From the IMG/VR virus record IMGVR_UViG_3300032280_000753, positions 64,001 to 128,000 of that record: DNA of 64,000 bases; one strand, 5' to 3'. This DNA comes from a virus (lineage: Duplodnaviria > Caudoviricetes). The notes beneath the pieces were generated by a model. It was given only the letters and a program-made list of their open reading frames with translations. It made no database searches and had not been told where the DNA came from. Shown piece by piece: positions 44,601-55,361 of the stretch. Made by a program: the position numbers and the translations under genes. Numbering within the stretch: the stretch's first letter is position 1; each line of letters begins with the position of its first letter.

Positions 44601-46032
44601 TCCATTCTGTCCCAGAGGGTTTTATAATTTGTTCAGAATAATAAGAATCACCAGGAATCCAAACCAAATTTGAGTTGTTGGGATCGTTAATATATTTTGT
44701 TTCAAAAGGCAATACATTGACATTTGATTGTCCTTGCAATGGAACATATGTTAACGATGATATTCCATTTCTATTTCGTGGCGCTTGTAGTATGTTATTT
44801 GAGATATCTCCCAGTATAGCTACGAATGGATTTCCAGAATTTGGTGCATTAAATTTTTTCAGCAATGTTTGATTTTTTGAATTTCCAAGTCCGCTTGAGA
44901 TAACGTATTCTTTGGCTAAAACATATGTAAGTAAATTAATTCTTGAATCTGTCTCTATTGGTAATAAGCTTAAGAACTTGTTAAAAGTAGAAGGGTCAGA
45001 TGCATTAATAATAGCATTATTTTGAGGCTGAAAATTTGATATATCAAAGTTATAACCAACTGTTTCTTGACTTAGATCTATATTGATAGGGCTAAGGTCG
45101 CTCCGACGTGCCAAGTTTAATCTATCCAAAAATCCAAATGAATAGTTTTTAAGTCTTACGTTAAAATCATACAAAAGCTGTAAGAAAAGCTTTGTTTCAG
45201 AAAATATTGAATATTGTTCTTCTGTATATTTCATGTTTTCAATGAAAAACTTCTTAATAGAAGGAATATTCTTTTGATTAATTTTATAATTTTCTTCTGG
45301 TATTAATCTTATTTCAAATGATTTCTTGATCGTGTTGATATTATCTAATACATTTTTATAAAAATTTAGGTTATTTTGAACGAGTTGAATTTCTCCAAGA
45401 TAATCATTACGAACCGGTCCAAATACATTATTTTGAGTATTAGCCGCTTTAACGTTTTTAATAACGCTTAATAATGTATCTTGTCTCAACTGTTTGGTCT
45501 GATATTGAAACTTTAAAAACAAACCAGAATCCGTGTATTGTCTCTGTAATATAGAATCTGCATTCGCTGAATTGGTTAAAGCTTTCCACATTGGAGCTAA
45601 ATCCAAAACAGAGATCAGTTCTGGACGCAAATCTTGTCCGGACACACCTGCGCTCGCCGCAAATTGAAGTTGATTATCTGTTGACGTTAATGCTGCAACA
45701 TTTAATGAATCTTGAGACAGCTTGGCGCTTGTTTGTTCAAGAGGAGGAGAATAAGAAATAAGCGCCGGAACGGTCCTGCCGCCTTGTAACGGCTTTTGAT
45801 TTAGTAATGCGTATAAGGTATTAGTATTAATTTTGCGAGCGTTATAGCTGACATTAGGAGGAGCAACAAAATTAAAGTTTTTTGTATTTGGTATACGATT
45901 AATCAAATTTGCAAATGTGATATCAACGGTTTCATTAACACCAGAAGCAATAGAATCACCAAGTGTTTCTTTCGCTGGATTGGTAACAATACCCGCATCG
46001 TTTCCAGTTGTTTTTCTTATATTGACTGACAT
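41674..46032 (-). CDS. large hypothetical protein in the structural operon
   Basis: 1452-aa ORF; CTACTTA motif upstream. Confidence 0.75.
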   Translation of the reverse strand: MSVNIRKTTGNDAGIVTNPAKETLGDSIASGVNETVDITFANLINRIPNTKNFNFVAPPNVSYNARKINTNTLYALLNQKPLQGGRTVPALISYSPPLEQTSAKLSQDSLNVAALTSTDNQLQFAASAGVSGQDLRPELISVLDLAPMWKALTNSANADSILQRQYTDSGLFLKFQYQTKQLRQDTLLSVIKNVKAANTQNNVFGPVRNDYLGEIQLVQNNLNFYKNVLDNINTIKKSFEIRLIPEENYKINQKNIPSIKKFFIENMKYTEEQYSIFSETKLFLQLLYDFNVRLKNYSFGFLDRLNLARRSDLSPINIDLSQETVGYNFDISNFQPQNNAIINASDPSTFNKFLSLLPIETDSRINLLTYVLAKEYVISSGLGNSKNQTLLKKFNAPNSGNPFVAILGDISNNILQAPRNRNGISSLTYVPLQGQSNVNVLPFETKYINDPNNSNLVWIPGDSYYSEQIIKPSGTEWNTEPYTTYISNYTSIVQNASDIITTLFNVEDTTTAGQTIDRLLNPIDLQKKILQAFYVAFDKVTETEEEVASRLDPAKYLKKLALEQSKKEATEQLTEEQKNIPAGEFEVSRQGGGLNSSGQRDNGYQATESGIDKAIDEIKNPPIVKALQKRIDDLTRQINELNVPDPGILEVTTEQALIMSIFNAANSDPDLKVTLFQFCILAGLIRNMPEQKTGLFNILARNEIDTVSKLSSLYSTMNTDLSQAENTSTVDGSKLFNLLKQSADAISGGYQKAIKSESPNNPYVSGFNSGKEITTFISISDISNVLQKAALAQGPFGNVNLIYQYINLANIFFESAQVNGSNVHLLNDNSGRTRLSSLSCSTQLFMLYEIFCQYAKKYSFIKIKGSISQDIFGKIQLTETRVSGSYTVQADKQGDQPGPDGTVNVSFTAAVSSETKTGVINIVNLAIDLTNTGMTQKAIGLLTSDSKEEDLQTERSNNIYFVALENNKKKIQQEYDDISNILGIYKVIGDNLNLSLNQVKQFFTQDGLKAFLKSSPITNLNLIKNLSQLRISAQTFQDIRQKTNVPLEFVSNPGGGTNSNTNIKDIEMIVSDAIVPEEYAALEKMLENYKPTTGFGEADIKRNYKILTVGLPSGFTKYLTDKISIRNVNDKTFRDRQGDIIYVNVYVRNAKYPNLIFKPTKLIFDASLFTTKKNLIDTKPQVGERYLDVLNRLSITDFEEPFNPKEVSYDSLKKDPKYNFLNEEQIKELIVNHTNSYLFGLYMSMTTGVKPSEDTFVFPTAPARILNPKARNLIDAYLKQLKLTVPSGESSTAQILANPDIADDVKDLYRIFTYGSLVFNQGEVISRVLYPKLFDRIFYLPMQMYVMEIDIEKTKLLNPDINALLTPLGNKIIYRKEGQNNKYYLIDGKASEFILKDIFVQIETAEDTRQGTIVPTITQTANGNSMSRLRSTLRNALVTQGLNNNITRKKIF

Positions 46033-46050
46033 AGGCTTTTATAAGTAGTA

Positions 46051-48507
46051 TTATATGACAATTCTATTTGTTTGTGATGGTGCGCCTTGCATATCATTGT
46101 AATAAACTGGATTTATAAAGTATGTAGCTGGTCCCTTTTCGTCATTATTGAGCTGATCTAAATACGTATATTTGCCTGTAGAGTTCATGCTGTGAGCAGC
46201 TCCAACAATTGTTTTAAGTCCAGACATATCACGAGTTATAATAAAATAGTCAACTTTTTTATGGTTTCCAGATACGCTCCACTCTATTAAGCAACCCCTA
46301 TTCCTAATGAAGTTAACAACAGAGTTGATAATTTTAGGAAGGTCTTCAAGCGCCAATATTGACGTTTCTTTTATATCAATTACCGGACCAAATTCAAACG
46401 ATGGTAACGTTTGAGGATAGCTTCTTATTATAGATGTGTCGCTATATAAAGTGCCATTTCTAAAAGTTACTGGCTGGCTCCATTCATATGGATAATACTC
46501 ATAACTCTTTATAAGATTTAAGTTTTTTCTACTTTCCTTAACTGTCTTTGAGACAGTTCTATGGATGGTAGGATATAAAGTTTCCGGATCCCTTAAAAGA
46601 GTTGTAATCGTATACTTGTATTCTATCCCAGGAACTAATGGTTTTATGCCTTTTGATGTCCCTTGTTTTCTATCAGAAAAATTAACATCAGTTATAACGC
46701 CAAAATCTTCAATCTCATTAGAATATTTATTAAGTCTTATGACCTTGTAAGCAAATAAATTTTGTAATTTTTGTTTGTTGTTAATTATTTCTTGACCATA
46801 TTCTGCTAATAGATTTTGATCAGTAAAAAGTTTCTTAAGATCCTCCGCTTGGTTACTGTTGATGCTATAGGAAACAGTAAATGTTACGTCAGGGATACCA
46901 TTACCATACGTAGTGTTTTGTATGTTTGTTATATTGGCGGTTGCTATGTTCTTATCAATTGGTCTAAACTCAATAGTCAATAACTGAGGAGCCATCTGTT
47001 CGATGCCATCTAAATATATAATCCCAATCTTGTATTCATAAACGTTATATTTTTTAACATTCGTATCGACCAATCTCATTGGTAAAACACTATTAGATTG
47101 AACACGAATTATGTTTGAAATACGAGTAAATTTATCTTGATTAATAGTCTTATTTCTTCTATAGAAACATATGGCTACAGCTTCAACTGGAACATCGGTC
47201 GCTTTAATAATTAATGAATCAACATCGGTAGAATAATCCAAAACACAGAAGCTTCTTCTATTGGTAACTTTTCTTGGAAGAGAACGACTGTCATTTGGTA
47301 TTAGAATAGTGCTAAAAACTGAAGCTAAAGATTTGTCTTCATCATATGGAATAAATCTATAAATGATATCATTGTTTGTTTTAACATTGTCTCTGAAAGT
47401 ATATGGGTCCATTCCAGAGGTTAAAGGGATATCAGCAATTTTAACATAATTAGCCGTTGTATCATTAGCCTGTGAAAATAAGGTTCTACGATAAACGGAA
47501 ATTCCTTTTGCGAATGGGTCCAATTGTTCTACCATCATAGTAGTTCCTGATGAACCAGGATTATTTTTCTTATTAATTCTTGGAGGTATAGTGATGAATA
47601 AAGTGTTAACATTTGTATTGTGGGATACGAATACCTCAAATCTTTGAAGTCTTCTTTCATTATTATCAAACAACTCAAATATTAATTTGAAATCTGATTT
47701 TCCAAATATGCTAACGGGGATTATGATTTTATCTGAAACGTTAATTGTTTCCGTTGCAACTTTTTTAATGGTTGTTACATATGTGTCTTCTGGTAAGCTT
47801 CCTTGTGTATTGATTGTAGTTTTAGAAAGTGCTGAAGATATGATATTTTTAACTCTTGAGTTTTGAGAGAACAATGAGGTTTGAGTAAAGTTTAAAAGCG
47901 GCTTAACGCCAGCGAAAGTTTTTGTCAATGGAACAATAGCATTAGTTCCGCCAACATACAAACTCGCCGGATCAATCTTCTGTGTATATCTAAGATTATT
48001 TAGTTGCTTTCTTAGATTGAACTTACTTGGAGCAATGTTCTGTAACAAGTTGGCATTGATATTAAGATTATTAGTATTTGCGTTTTGATTTAGTGCATTC
48101 ATTGCACCAACATTTTCACTGACAAATACACGTGTATATAGATCGTTATTTTTAATATCACTAACAGAATAATATTTACGGATATCTCGTCTTACGGAAA
48201 AAGCATAATTGTTTCTGGCATAAGATAAATTTTGATATATATTGACTTGCTGCAATATGTTATCAACCATCGTTTCTGCCGATGATCCTTTTATGATTTG
48301 AGGTTTTCTATTGTTGTTTCCAAGTTCTGTAGAAACGCTTATCGTTAAGGATGTTGCCTTTAAAGCATCTGCCAACTTAGGATTAAAGGAATACGTTAAA
48401 CGATATATAGCTAAACCACTTATAACTTTATTAAGAACTGGATTTACTGTATCTTGTTTTATTATTGTGGATTGCGGAGATTGCTTGCTTAAAACCGGTA
48501 ATACCAT
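46051..48507 (-). CDS. probable structural protein with FN3-like segments
   Basis: 818 aa; repeated YRR...F.D......Y.Y beta patterns. Confidence 0.65.
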   Translation of the reverse strand: MVLPVLSKQSPQSTIIKQDTVNPVLNKVISGLAIYRLTYSFNPKLADALKATSLTISVSTELGNNNRKPQIIKGSSAETMVDNILQQVNIYQNLSYARNNYAFSVRRDIRKYYSVSDIKNNDLYTRVFVSENVGAMNALNQNANTNNLNINANLLQNIAPSKFNLRKQLNNLRYTQKIDPASLYVGGTNAIVPLTKTFAGVKPLLNFTQTSLFSQNSRVKNIISSALSKTTINTQGSLPEDTYVTTIKKVATETINVSDKIIIPVSIFGKSDFKLIFELFDNNERRLQRFEVFVSHNTNVNTLFITIPPRINKKNNPGSSGTTMMVEQLDPFAKGISVYRRTLFSQANDTTANYVKIADIPLTSGMDPYTFRDNVKTNNDIIYRFIPYDEDKSLASVFSTILIPNDSRSLPRKVTNRRSFCVLDYSTDVDSLIIKATDVPVEAVAICFYRRNKTINQDKFTRISNIIRVQSNSVLPMRLVDTNVKKYNVYEYKIGIIYLDGIEQMAPQLLTIEFRPIDKNIATANITNIQNTTYGNGIPDVTFTVSYSINSNQAEDLKKLFTDQNLLAEYGQEIINNKQKLQNLFAYKVIRLNKYSNEIEDFGVITDVNFSDRKQGTSKGIKPLVPGIEYKYTITTLLRDPETLYPTIHRTVSKTVKESRKNLNLIKSYEYYPYEWSQPVTFRNGTLYSDTSIIRSYPQTLPSFEFGPVIDIKETSILALEDLPKIINSVVNFIRNRGCLIEWSVSGNHKKVDYFIITRDMSGLKTIVGAAHSMNSTGKYTYLDQLNNDEKGPATYFINPVYYNDMQGAPSQTNRIVI

Positions 48508-48514
48508 ATTAATC

Positions 48515-49480
48515 CTATAGCTCCCAAACCAAAGTAAACATATTCACGAAAGTTGGGGTATTGTTGCTGTCTATAAATACTTTACCAACGAAAAATACGT
48601 GATGGGCATTTCCGTTTTGGTCTGGAGGGAATATGCCATAGTCAATAACATCAAGCTTCTTCATCCCATCTGAATATACCTCAAAGAATTGACATAACAA
48701 GTTATTTTGACGTGAGGTTTCCGTAAAATCAATATCGTAGCTATAACCAGTCTGTTGAGATGCGCTCAGCTCCGTAGCTAAATCTTGATAAGAAACATAT
48801 GGAGCTTGATTTAAGTTTTTATATGATCCAATCACTAAAGAATTTGTTTTGCCTATTCTTGGCTTGTTAATTGGAGGCATGTATTGGAAGTTTGGTATAT
48901 GGGAAAGTCTCTTGTCAAAGAATATACTTTCTACTTTGTCAATATCAATTTCCTGTATGCCAGCAGATGATATTGGATTGGTATCATTAATCTTATATGT
49001 TAATTGTGTTTTATCAATAATGAATTCGTTAAAGTTTATGTCTAATGGATCTGGGCTGGCTAATATCGAAAGCTTCTTAAAGTTTTCTAAAGATGAACTT
49101 AGCAGAGTTGTTGCTAATGAGGCAAACTGTGATCCGCTTATAAACGGCGCTTCAAATCTTGTTGAGCCGGTAAGAACAGGAAATACTTTTCCAGCTCTTA
49201 CTCTATATCCATTATCTCCATCGACAAAGTTGGCTAATAGATTGCCACTATCATCAGTTTCAAATACAATGCTGTCCTGTGGCAGATTACCGGCTTCAAA
49301 TGTTAAACGTGAGGTGAAGTCAAGTCCACCAGATACAAGCGTATCTAAGGCATATATGGCGCCCGCATCGCTAAAGGATACGTATTCAACATTCATCTTT
49401 CCAGTAGCAGCTTGTCTTCTGCCTTCATTGGTGATGACCGTATCTAATACTCGAGTTTTAGGATCTAATAGTCCAGCCAT
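48515..49480 (-). CDS. virion structural protein, N-terminus similar to 39003..39716
   Basis: G.LD...LDTVITNEGRR......FSD....Y. Confidence 0.65.
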   Translation of the reverse strand: MAGLLDPKTRVLDTVITNEGRRQAATGKMNVEYVSFSDAGAIYALDTLVSGGLDFTSRLTFEAGNLPQDSIVFETDDSGNLLANFVDGDNGYRVRAGKVFPVLTGSTRFEAPFISGSQFASLATTLLSSSLENFKKLSILASPDPLDINFNEFIIDKTQLTYKINDTNPISSAGIQEIDIDKVESIFFDKRLSHIPNFQYMPPINKPRIGKTNSLVIGSYKNLNQAPYVSYQDLATELSASQQTGYSYDIDFTETSRQNNLLCQFFEVYSDGMKKLDVIDYGIFPPDQNGNAHHVFFVGKVFIDSNNTPTFVNMFTLVWEL

Positions 49481-49483
49481 AAA

Positions 49484-52471
49484 TCAATCCTCATTTCCTC
49501 TATCAAAGAAAGGTTGCCCACTTCGATATTCCCTATCATAAATACCACTATCATAAGGATTATAGCTTGGATTTGTTGCCGTTACATAATCTAACGTATC
49601 AGCAAATATTGCGCTACCAGTTACGAATTCCACATTAATAGGATTATCAACAGTTCTTTTCAATGCAGTAGCTGGAAAATTATATGGATTTTGCTGTTGA
49701 AGTTGAATGGTTTTTGTATATATTCGTTGTTCCAACATATCACGTAACTGTCCATATTTTCCACGACGCCAAACTGCTGAAGAAGGAGTGTTTATGCCGC
49801 TGTATAACCCATACTTCCAGCCTCTGATTTGTGGATTGTAAAGGTTGAACTGTGGAATATCAACATGTCCATATAAATCATATGGACTCCAATCAAGGAA
49901 GTTTGGTGTCTTTCCTTTTCTACCGACATTTAGATTTCCACCATATTGCCAATCAGTTAAATCCAAAGAAAAACCATCTCCATAACCAAAGAAAGCTTTG
50001 CTGTAATCATAATTTGTTGGTTTTATAAACGAACCTACTGGTTTGTTGATCTTAACAACAGGACTAACGGTATATTGATCAATAAAATCATTTGTGTATT
50101 GACTATTTGTTCCAGATACGTCTGCCAAACGACATACAAGAACAGTATCGTAACTAACTGCCGGAATTGTAACTGGAGGATTGAATTGCTTTTCATTGAA
50201 ATCATGAGTAGTTACGCCGCCAACAGCCATTGTAAATGGTGGTATTGTAACGTTGCTCACGTTTGTAACTAATGTTTTTTCTATAGAACCAGCATAATAG
50301 CTTCTAAAAGAGTTATTTCTGTTTGTTGACGTATATACAACATTCTTAGAGCCAGAACCATATGTTTGACTGGAGTAGATTACATTTCCTAATCCAGATG
50401 AACCGGATATCCTATTTGGGTAGTCCAAGTCGCTTCCATCTGTTCTTAAGCTTACCCAATTGTTGCCATCATCAGAGCTGATTTGTATTTCCCCATCATC
50501 TCCAACAATTACCCAATCATATGCTTCTAAGCCCTGAGTTGAATTAAGAGAGTATATTTTCTTAACATCAACAAAAGTGCCCGCATAACCATTATCTGGC
50601 GTTTTTTTAAGCCAATCGCCGCTCGACGTTCCGCCGTTTGTGTTTTTTAATATCGTGCCACTAGCACCAACGCACAAAACTGTTCTGTTGCTTCCTAATC
50701 CAAGAGCACCGCTAATATGAGAATATGCTATTGAATATAGTGGAGGCACATCTACCGCAGAAGCCCAGATATTTCCAAGATTAATTTGTGTATAAGTATC
50801 TGTTGTTGCGTTGATATTTGAACCAATCGACCGAGCCATATAGCCAGACCCGGTTGGTGATAAAGTCGAACAATCTAATCCACAAACCCAACTGTAAGCG
50901 AACGCCCCAGTTCTATCGTTCCATTTTCCACCGGTAGTTGAAAACCATATGGTGTCTGGTCTATCAGCCTGTCCAGTAGTATTTCTTGTAAATGTGTTTG
51001 CTTCGCAGCTACTATATGCCGCCGAACCATCATTTCCTCCGACACCTATTAAAGCACTCGTGCTTCTTGTAGTGCCAAATTCATCATATACATCTACCTT
51101 GCCAACAACAAATATTTGCTGAATTGTGGGAGTTATATTTTGCCCAGCAGGATTTTTAGTAGAAAAAGAATATAAGTCAATGTCAATTGGAGTGACGGCG
51201 GCGGCACCCATGTTAAATTCTTGATCTAAATCAACCAACTCCCAATCATCTATTGAAGGAATTTTATTTCCCCATCTGGATGATTTGGTCCTTACTAATT
51301 TACCTCTTCTATTTCCATTCGAATCGATTGCTTCAACAATTAAAAGCCATTGCAAATGACTGCCATTTGTATTTACTAATGCCGAATTATATGCTATGGG
51401 CATTGCATCACGAATAGAACCAGTTGCATTTGTATATGATGGTATTATACCTCCGCCAGCGCCATATATAGTGGGCGGCCAATTGTCAATTTCCATTGGC
51501 AAATTAAAGGCATTTGATGCAACGGCGCTTGGAGTTTCGTGGATCGAAGAAATAGTTTTCCACGTATGAGATAGTCCATTTGAGCTTGTTAATATTGTTC
51601 CATTTTCTCCAAAAGCGATATAAGCTGGATTTACGGACCCAGAATAGTTGCTCATGTATACTTTTTGCAATGGATTGTAAGATTTTGTATATACGTGCTT
51701 GTGCGCTATATTAGATGGCAAACTGGTTTTAGATCCAAGACCCAACCACATTTGAGAATATTGCGTATAACGTTTAAACGTCCCGTCTCCATATGCATAA
51801 AACAAAGAACCTAAATTATTTGTCTGAAATGGAGGACTATAGAAACTACTACTATATATGTCGGTTTCTATACTTATGTTATCAAGTGCGGTGCCGAAAT
51901 ATTTTTCTAATTTCTTAAATTTAGATTGAAAAGGATATTGATATAGCCAGATTGTATTTGTAAAAGAATTAACTGGAACCGTCAATATATTATTGTTTAA
52001 CGCATTTGGCACAGGAATATTTGTTCCTTGAGCCGTTAAAAATATATGTGCGCTATCTTCAGTTAAGCTTGTTCGATCCAACTTCGGTGCCGCATCTAAG
52101 CTTGCAGAAAATATCTGCTTCCAGCTTGAAGTGGTTTGTAAATATGGAATTAACTGACTATTTGCTTTTACAATACTTACAGGAGATGGAGTTAATGAAT
52201 TATATATTAGTTCATTAACACTAAACAATTTAAGATTTCCGTTTTGTGATTTTGAAGGTATATAATCTCCAAAAACATAGCCAAATTGTTCAGATCTGCT
52301 TATGTCTTTTTGATAAAAAGACGAAGAAACAATTCCAGTTGTCTTAAGAGCTATAGTGCTCCTGGCTGTTGAATAGCTGTTTTCTTTTATAGAACCGTAG
52401 AATATCCTATCCGTATAGGAACCGGAATAGCTAACATAAGTCTCGGTTTCAAATTGATCAAATATAGGCAT
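49484..52471 (-). CDS. probable tail/receptor-binding protein with BNR-like beta-propeller
   Basis: AFGENGTILTSSNG...W, CVGASGTILK..NGG...W and IVGDDGEIQISSDDGNNW repeats. Confidence 0.7.
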   Translation of the reverse strand: MPIFDQFETETYVSYSGSYTDRIFYGSIKENSYSTARSTIALKTTGIVSSSFYQKDISRSEQFGYVFGDYIPSKSQNGNLKLFSVNELIYNSLTPSPVSIVKANSQLIPYLQTTSSWKQIFSASLDAAPKLDRTSLTEDSAHIFLTAQGTNIPVPNALNNNILTVPVNSFTNTIWLYQYPFQSKFKKLEKYFGTALDNISIETDIYSSSFYSPPFQTNNLGSLFYAYGDGTFKRYTQYSQMWLGLGSKTSLPSNIAHKHVYTKSYNPLQKVYMSNYSGSVNPAYIAFGENGTILTSSNGLSHTWKTISSIHETPSAVASNAFNLPMEIDNWPPTIYGAGGGIIPSYTNATGSIRDAMPIAYNSALVNTNGSHLQWLLIVEAIDSNGNRRGKLVRTKSSRWGNKIPSIDDWELVDLDQEFNMGAAAVTPIDIDLYSFSTKNPAGQNITPTIQQIFVVGKVDVYDEFGTTRSTSALIGVGGNDGSAAYSSCEANTFTRNTTGQADRPDTIWFSTTGGKWNDRTGAFAYSWVCGLDCSTLSPTGSGYMARSIGSNINATTDTYTQINLGNIWASAVDVPPLYSIAYSHISGALGLGSNRTVLCVGASGTILKNTNGGTSSGDWLKKTPDNGYAGTFVDVKKIYSLNSTQGLEAYDWVIVGDDGEIQISSDDGNNWVSLRTDGSDLDYPNRISGSSGLGNVIYSSQTYGSGSKNVVYTSTNRNNSFRSYYAGSIEKTLVTNVSNVTIPPFTMAVGGVTTHDFNEKQFNPPVTIPAVSYDTVLVCRLADVSGTNSQYTNDFIDQYTVSPVVKINKPVGSFIKPTNYDYSKAFFGYGDGFSLDLTDWQYGGNLNVGRKGKTPNFLDWSPYDLYGHVDIPQFNLYNPQIRGWKYGLYSGINTPSSAVWRRGKYGQLRDMLEQRIYTKTIQLQQQNPYNFPATALKRTVDNPINVEFVTGSAIFADTLDYVTATNPSYNPYDSGIYDREYRSGQPFFDRGNED

Positions 52472-52472
52472 A

Positions 52473-55361
52473 TTATTCTATAACCTCATGTATTGCATTT
52501 GAGGACAAAAGCTGATTAGTGCCATCGTTATACTCTTTGTTTTCTTTTATGTAGCTACCATATAAGGTAATTTGATAGCGATTTTCATCTGTATCCGGAC
52601 CAAATGTCAATGTGGATTCAGCTACTGGTGTTGCGACATATGTTGTAGTATATTGAACTGGATTAATACTTACAGGCGCTTGGCAGCCAATTATCAAATG
52701 ATCGGTTGGATATAAAATATATGGATTTACTTTATATTTTTCATCAACAAAATTGAATGATGTACGTGGAGAAGTTAAAGCTTTAACAACACTAGTGTAA
52801 GCAGGTTCCAGATTGGTTCCAACAAACAGGTCGTTGACTAACCCTTGTGTAGAAAGTTGTGTTAAATTCAATCCAGTCCTTGAACCATCGTAACCAATGT
52901 AAGTTGAATCAGTAGTTATTGCCGAACCATTGTATCTTGTTACGATACTATTTCCACCAATTACATTGTATGGAGGCAAGCTACCAAAACAAGGAACTCC
53001 TAAGCTCATTTGTAGAGCCATGTTAGTTAAACTCCAATTGGAACCGGAGATATTACTAACCTGACTTTCAACAACAATATCATTGTCTGTTTGTGGAATT
53101 AGGTCTGCTAAAGTCTTTGTTGTTTTGCTCAACCCAATACCTGGAGAAGAAGGTTGCAGATATGTTCCTGCTAAAGAACCGCTTGCAAACGAATATATCT
53201 GTGAGAAACCTAAGATATCCCTTACCGTATCAACGTATGTAGTTTCTGATGCATCATATTGATCTTTTGATAGCGGTATTGAAGTTGGGATATTAGTATT
53301 TATTATTTTTCCGGATTCGCTAGCGTCTCCATATTCTTTGGCATATATGCCTTTTGAATATTCAATATTTTGATTTCTTCTTTGATTAAGCAAAAAGAAA
53401 GTATTGATAGAGCCGGTAATATTACTAGTCACATTAGACAGGTTAACTGAACCAACTTCCCATGAACAACTACCTATGGTTATAATTGCCTTTTCTAATA
53501 AAAAAGGTTCCGTTATATAATGTGACATAGCTATAGCTTGTGACCCTGTTGCATGATATTTTGGATGATATGGAAATCCAAAATCGCTGCCACAATATCC
53601 TATATTATGAAGGGCTGCAATTGGCTGCACATTTTCGGTAAAAAGAAATCCGTTAAAAAATCCGATTGGGATATATTCAATTGCATTTCTCAAAGTGGAT
53701 GTGTTAAAATTTAAACCAACTCCTATAGGCTCCCAAATCTTTCTATCAAAATTATAATAAGCCATTGGAGAGCTGTAAGAATTCTCAAAAGCACTTGGTG
53801 AAGAACTAAATTTTCCTTTTACTGGACCTATTGAAGATGCAGAAACAACTGGCATAGGTATTTCAATCTTATTCTTGCTCCAAAGTGGAGAACTAAATCC
53901 TTCACCAACGTCTGAAATGGAACTGCCGGTTGTAAAGAATGGATTTGCAACAGAAGCTCCTTTGGCATCTGCGGCGTATTGTAGTTGATCATGGAAAGGT
54001 TGCATCTCTTGACCTGGAGAGAAATGAACCCACTCCTGATTGTCTCCGATGCCTTTAACAATAGAGCCGGTGACCAACATGCCATCTCTATTGAAGGTGG
54101 TCATATATTCTCCAGCATCTACTGGATAAGGGTCATTATCAAGGTCTATAGAGGTACCTGCTATTACACGACGCTTCTTATTCCATGGAACTTGAGAACA
54201 GTATATTTCTTTTAATTCATCAGAATTTAACTCTCTATTGAAAAACGAAATTTCGCCAATAGAACCGGTTACTGATGAATTTTTTGCAAACGAATAACCA
54301 GAAGAAATTCCATATTGTATCGCAGTATCTGTATCGTATGAGTCAAATCCGGCACCAAAAGAGCCAAAAGACGAGACAGCTACTCTCTCCCCATTAATGT
54401 AAACTTTTATTGAATTTGATGTAGCCGGAGCTCCAGAAGTTTTTCCATCAAAACTAAAAGCAAAATGAAACCAAGTGTTGACCAAATTTGGAACTGCAAC
54501 TGTATTCAATGTCATTCTGTTAGCCGTGCTGCCACTCAAGAATGAAATAGAGAAATCTAGTGCGTTAGGAGTGACATTCTCAGTAGCAGAAGCTATATAG
54601 TCTACATTACTGACATTCCATGGACTTTTTCTACATGGCCCGGCAATCAAATATATGCCATTTAATATATTGCTAACATCATGGTTGTAATAAAACCAAC
54701 CTGCAAAAGTAAAGCTTTCATAAACTATTTTTCCAGGAGTTGGAACTATTACATCTGCAAACTCAAACAGACTTTTATCTGTGTCCATATTTTGAGCCAA
54801 CAATGGAGTGACACTCGTAACAGTAGAAGCAGGATCGTATATAATTCCATATGGACTAAAGCTTGGTTTAAAATCGTATGATTTATTTGGTTGTATATAT
54901 GGAAATTCAAAATTTGCAGTTATTCCTTGGATTGGAGTTGCTTTATCAATATCTACATTATAAGCTTTGCCATTATGTGGAAAAGATTGACTAACGCCAA
55001 TAAATTTAAAAGCGGTTGAAGGATCGTCAGCCAGATTAAAATCTAAATATGGATATGTTCCCTCTCTAAGAGAACCGGATATTTCTGCTTCAAAAGTAAT
55101 TCCACCTGCTGCTGAACCGGTTGGACCCAATCTTTGCATGGTCCAATAACCAATCATATTATTTTGCCATGACGTTCCATTTGAACGAGTGCCGAATACA
55201 ATCGTCTGAACATCATTATAACCGACTTTATAGTTGCCTGTGCGACCATCTAATGAGAAGCGCACATTGGTTGGATAAGAGCCTGTAAGAGCATCCTGAC
55301 CACGTAATTGTAGCTTTGGAGAAACTACTCTTATTCTGGTTCTTTTTTCTTGTCTGCTCAT
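52473..55361 (-). CDS. tail-associated protein with LamG-like domain
   Basis: FTFAGWF, TWFHFAFSFDG, KVYING and GSIGEISFFNRELN motifs. Confidence 0.75.
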   Translation of the reverse strand: MSRQEKRTRIRVVSPKLQLRGQDALTGSYPTNVRFSLDGRTGNYKVGYNDVQTIVFGTRSNGTSWQNNMIGYWTMQRLGPTGSAAGGITFEAEISGSLREGTYPYLDFNLADDPSTAFKFIGVSQSFPHNGKAYNVDIDKATPIQGITANFEFPYIQPNKSYDFKPSFSPYGIIYDPASTVTSVTPLLAQNMDTDKSLFEFADVIVPTPGKIVYESFTFAGWFYYNHDVSNILNGIYLIAGPCRKSPWNVSNVDYIASATENVTPNALDFSISFLSGSTANRMTLNTVAVPNLVNTWFHFAFSFDGKTSGAPATSNSIKVYINGERVAVSSFGSFGAGFDSYDTDTAIQYGISSGYSFAKNSSVTGSIGEISFFNRELNSDELKEIYCSQVPWNKKRRVIAGTSIDLDNDPYPVDAGEYMTTFNRDGMLVTGSIVKGIGDNQEWVHFSPGQEMQPFHDQLQYAADAKGASVANPFFTTGSSISDVGEGFSSPLWSKNKIEIPMPVVSASSIGPVKGKFSSSPSAFENSYSSPMAYYNFDRKIWEPIGVGLNFNTSTLRNAIEYIPIGFFNGFLFTENVQPIAALHNIGYCGSDFGFPYHPKYHATGSQAIAMSHYITEPFLLEKAIITIGSCSWEVGSVNLSNVTSNITGSINTFFLLNQRRNQNIEYSKGIYAKEYGDASESGKIINTNIPTSIPLSKDQYDASETTYVDTVRDILGFSQIYSFASGSLAGTYLQPSSPGIGLSKTTKTLADLIPQTDNDIVVESQVSNISGSNWSLTNMALQMSLGVPCFGSLPPYNVIGGNSIVTRYNGSAITTDSTYIGYDGSRTGLNLTQLSTQGLVNDLFVGTNLEPAYTSVVKALTSPRTSFNFVDEKYKVNPYILYPTDHLIIGCQAPVSINPVQYTTTYVATPVAESTLTFGPDTDENRYQITLYGSYIKENKEYNDGTNQLLSSNAIHEVIE

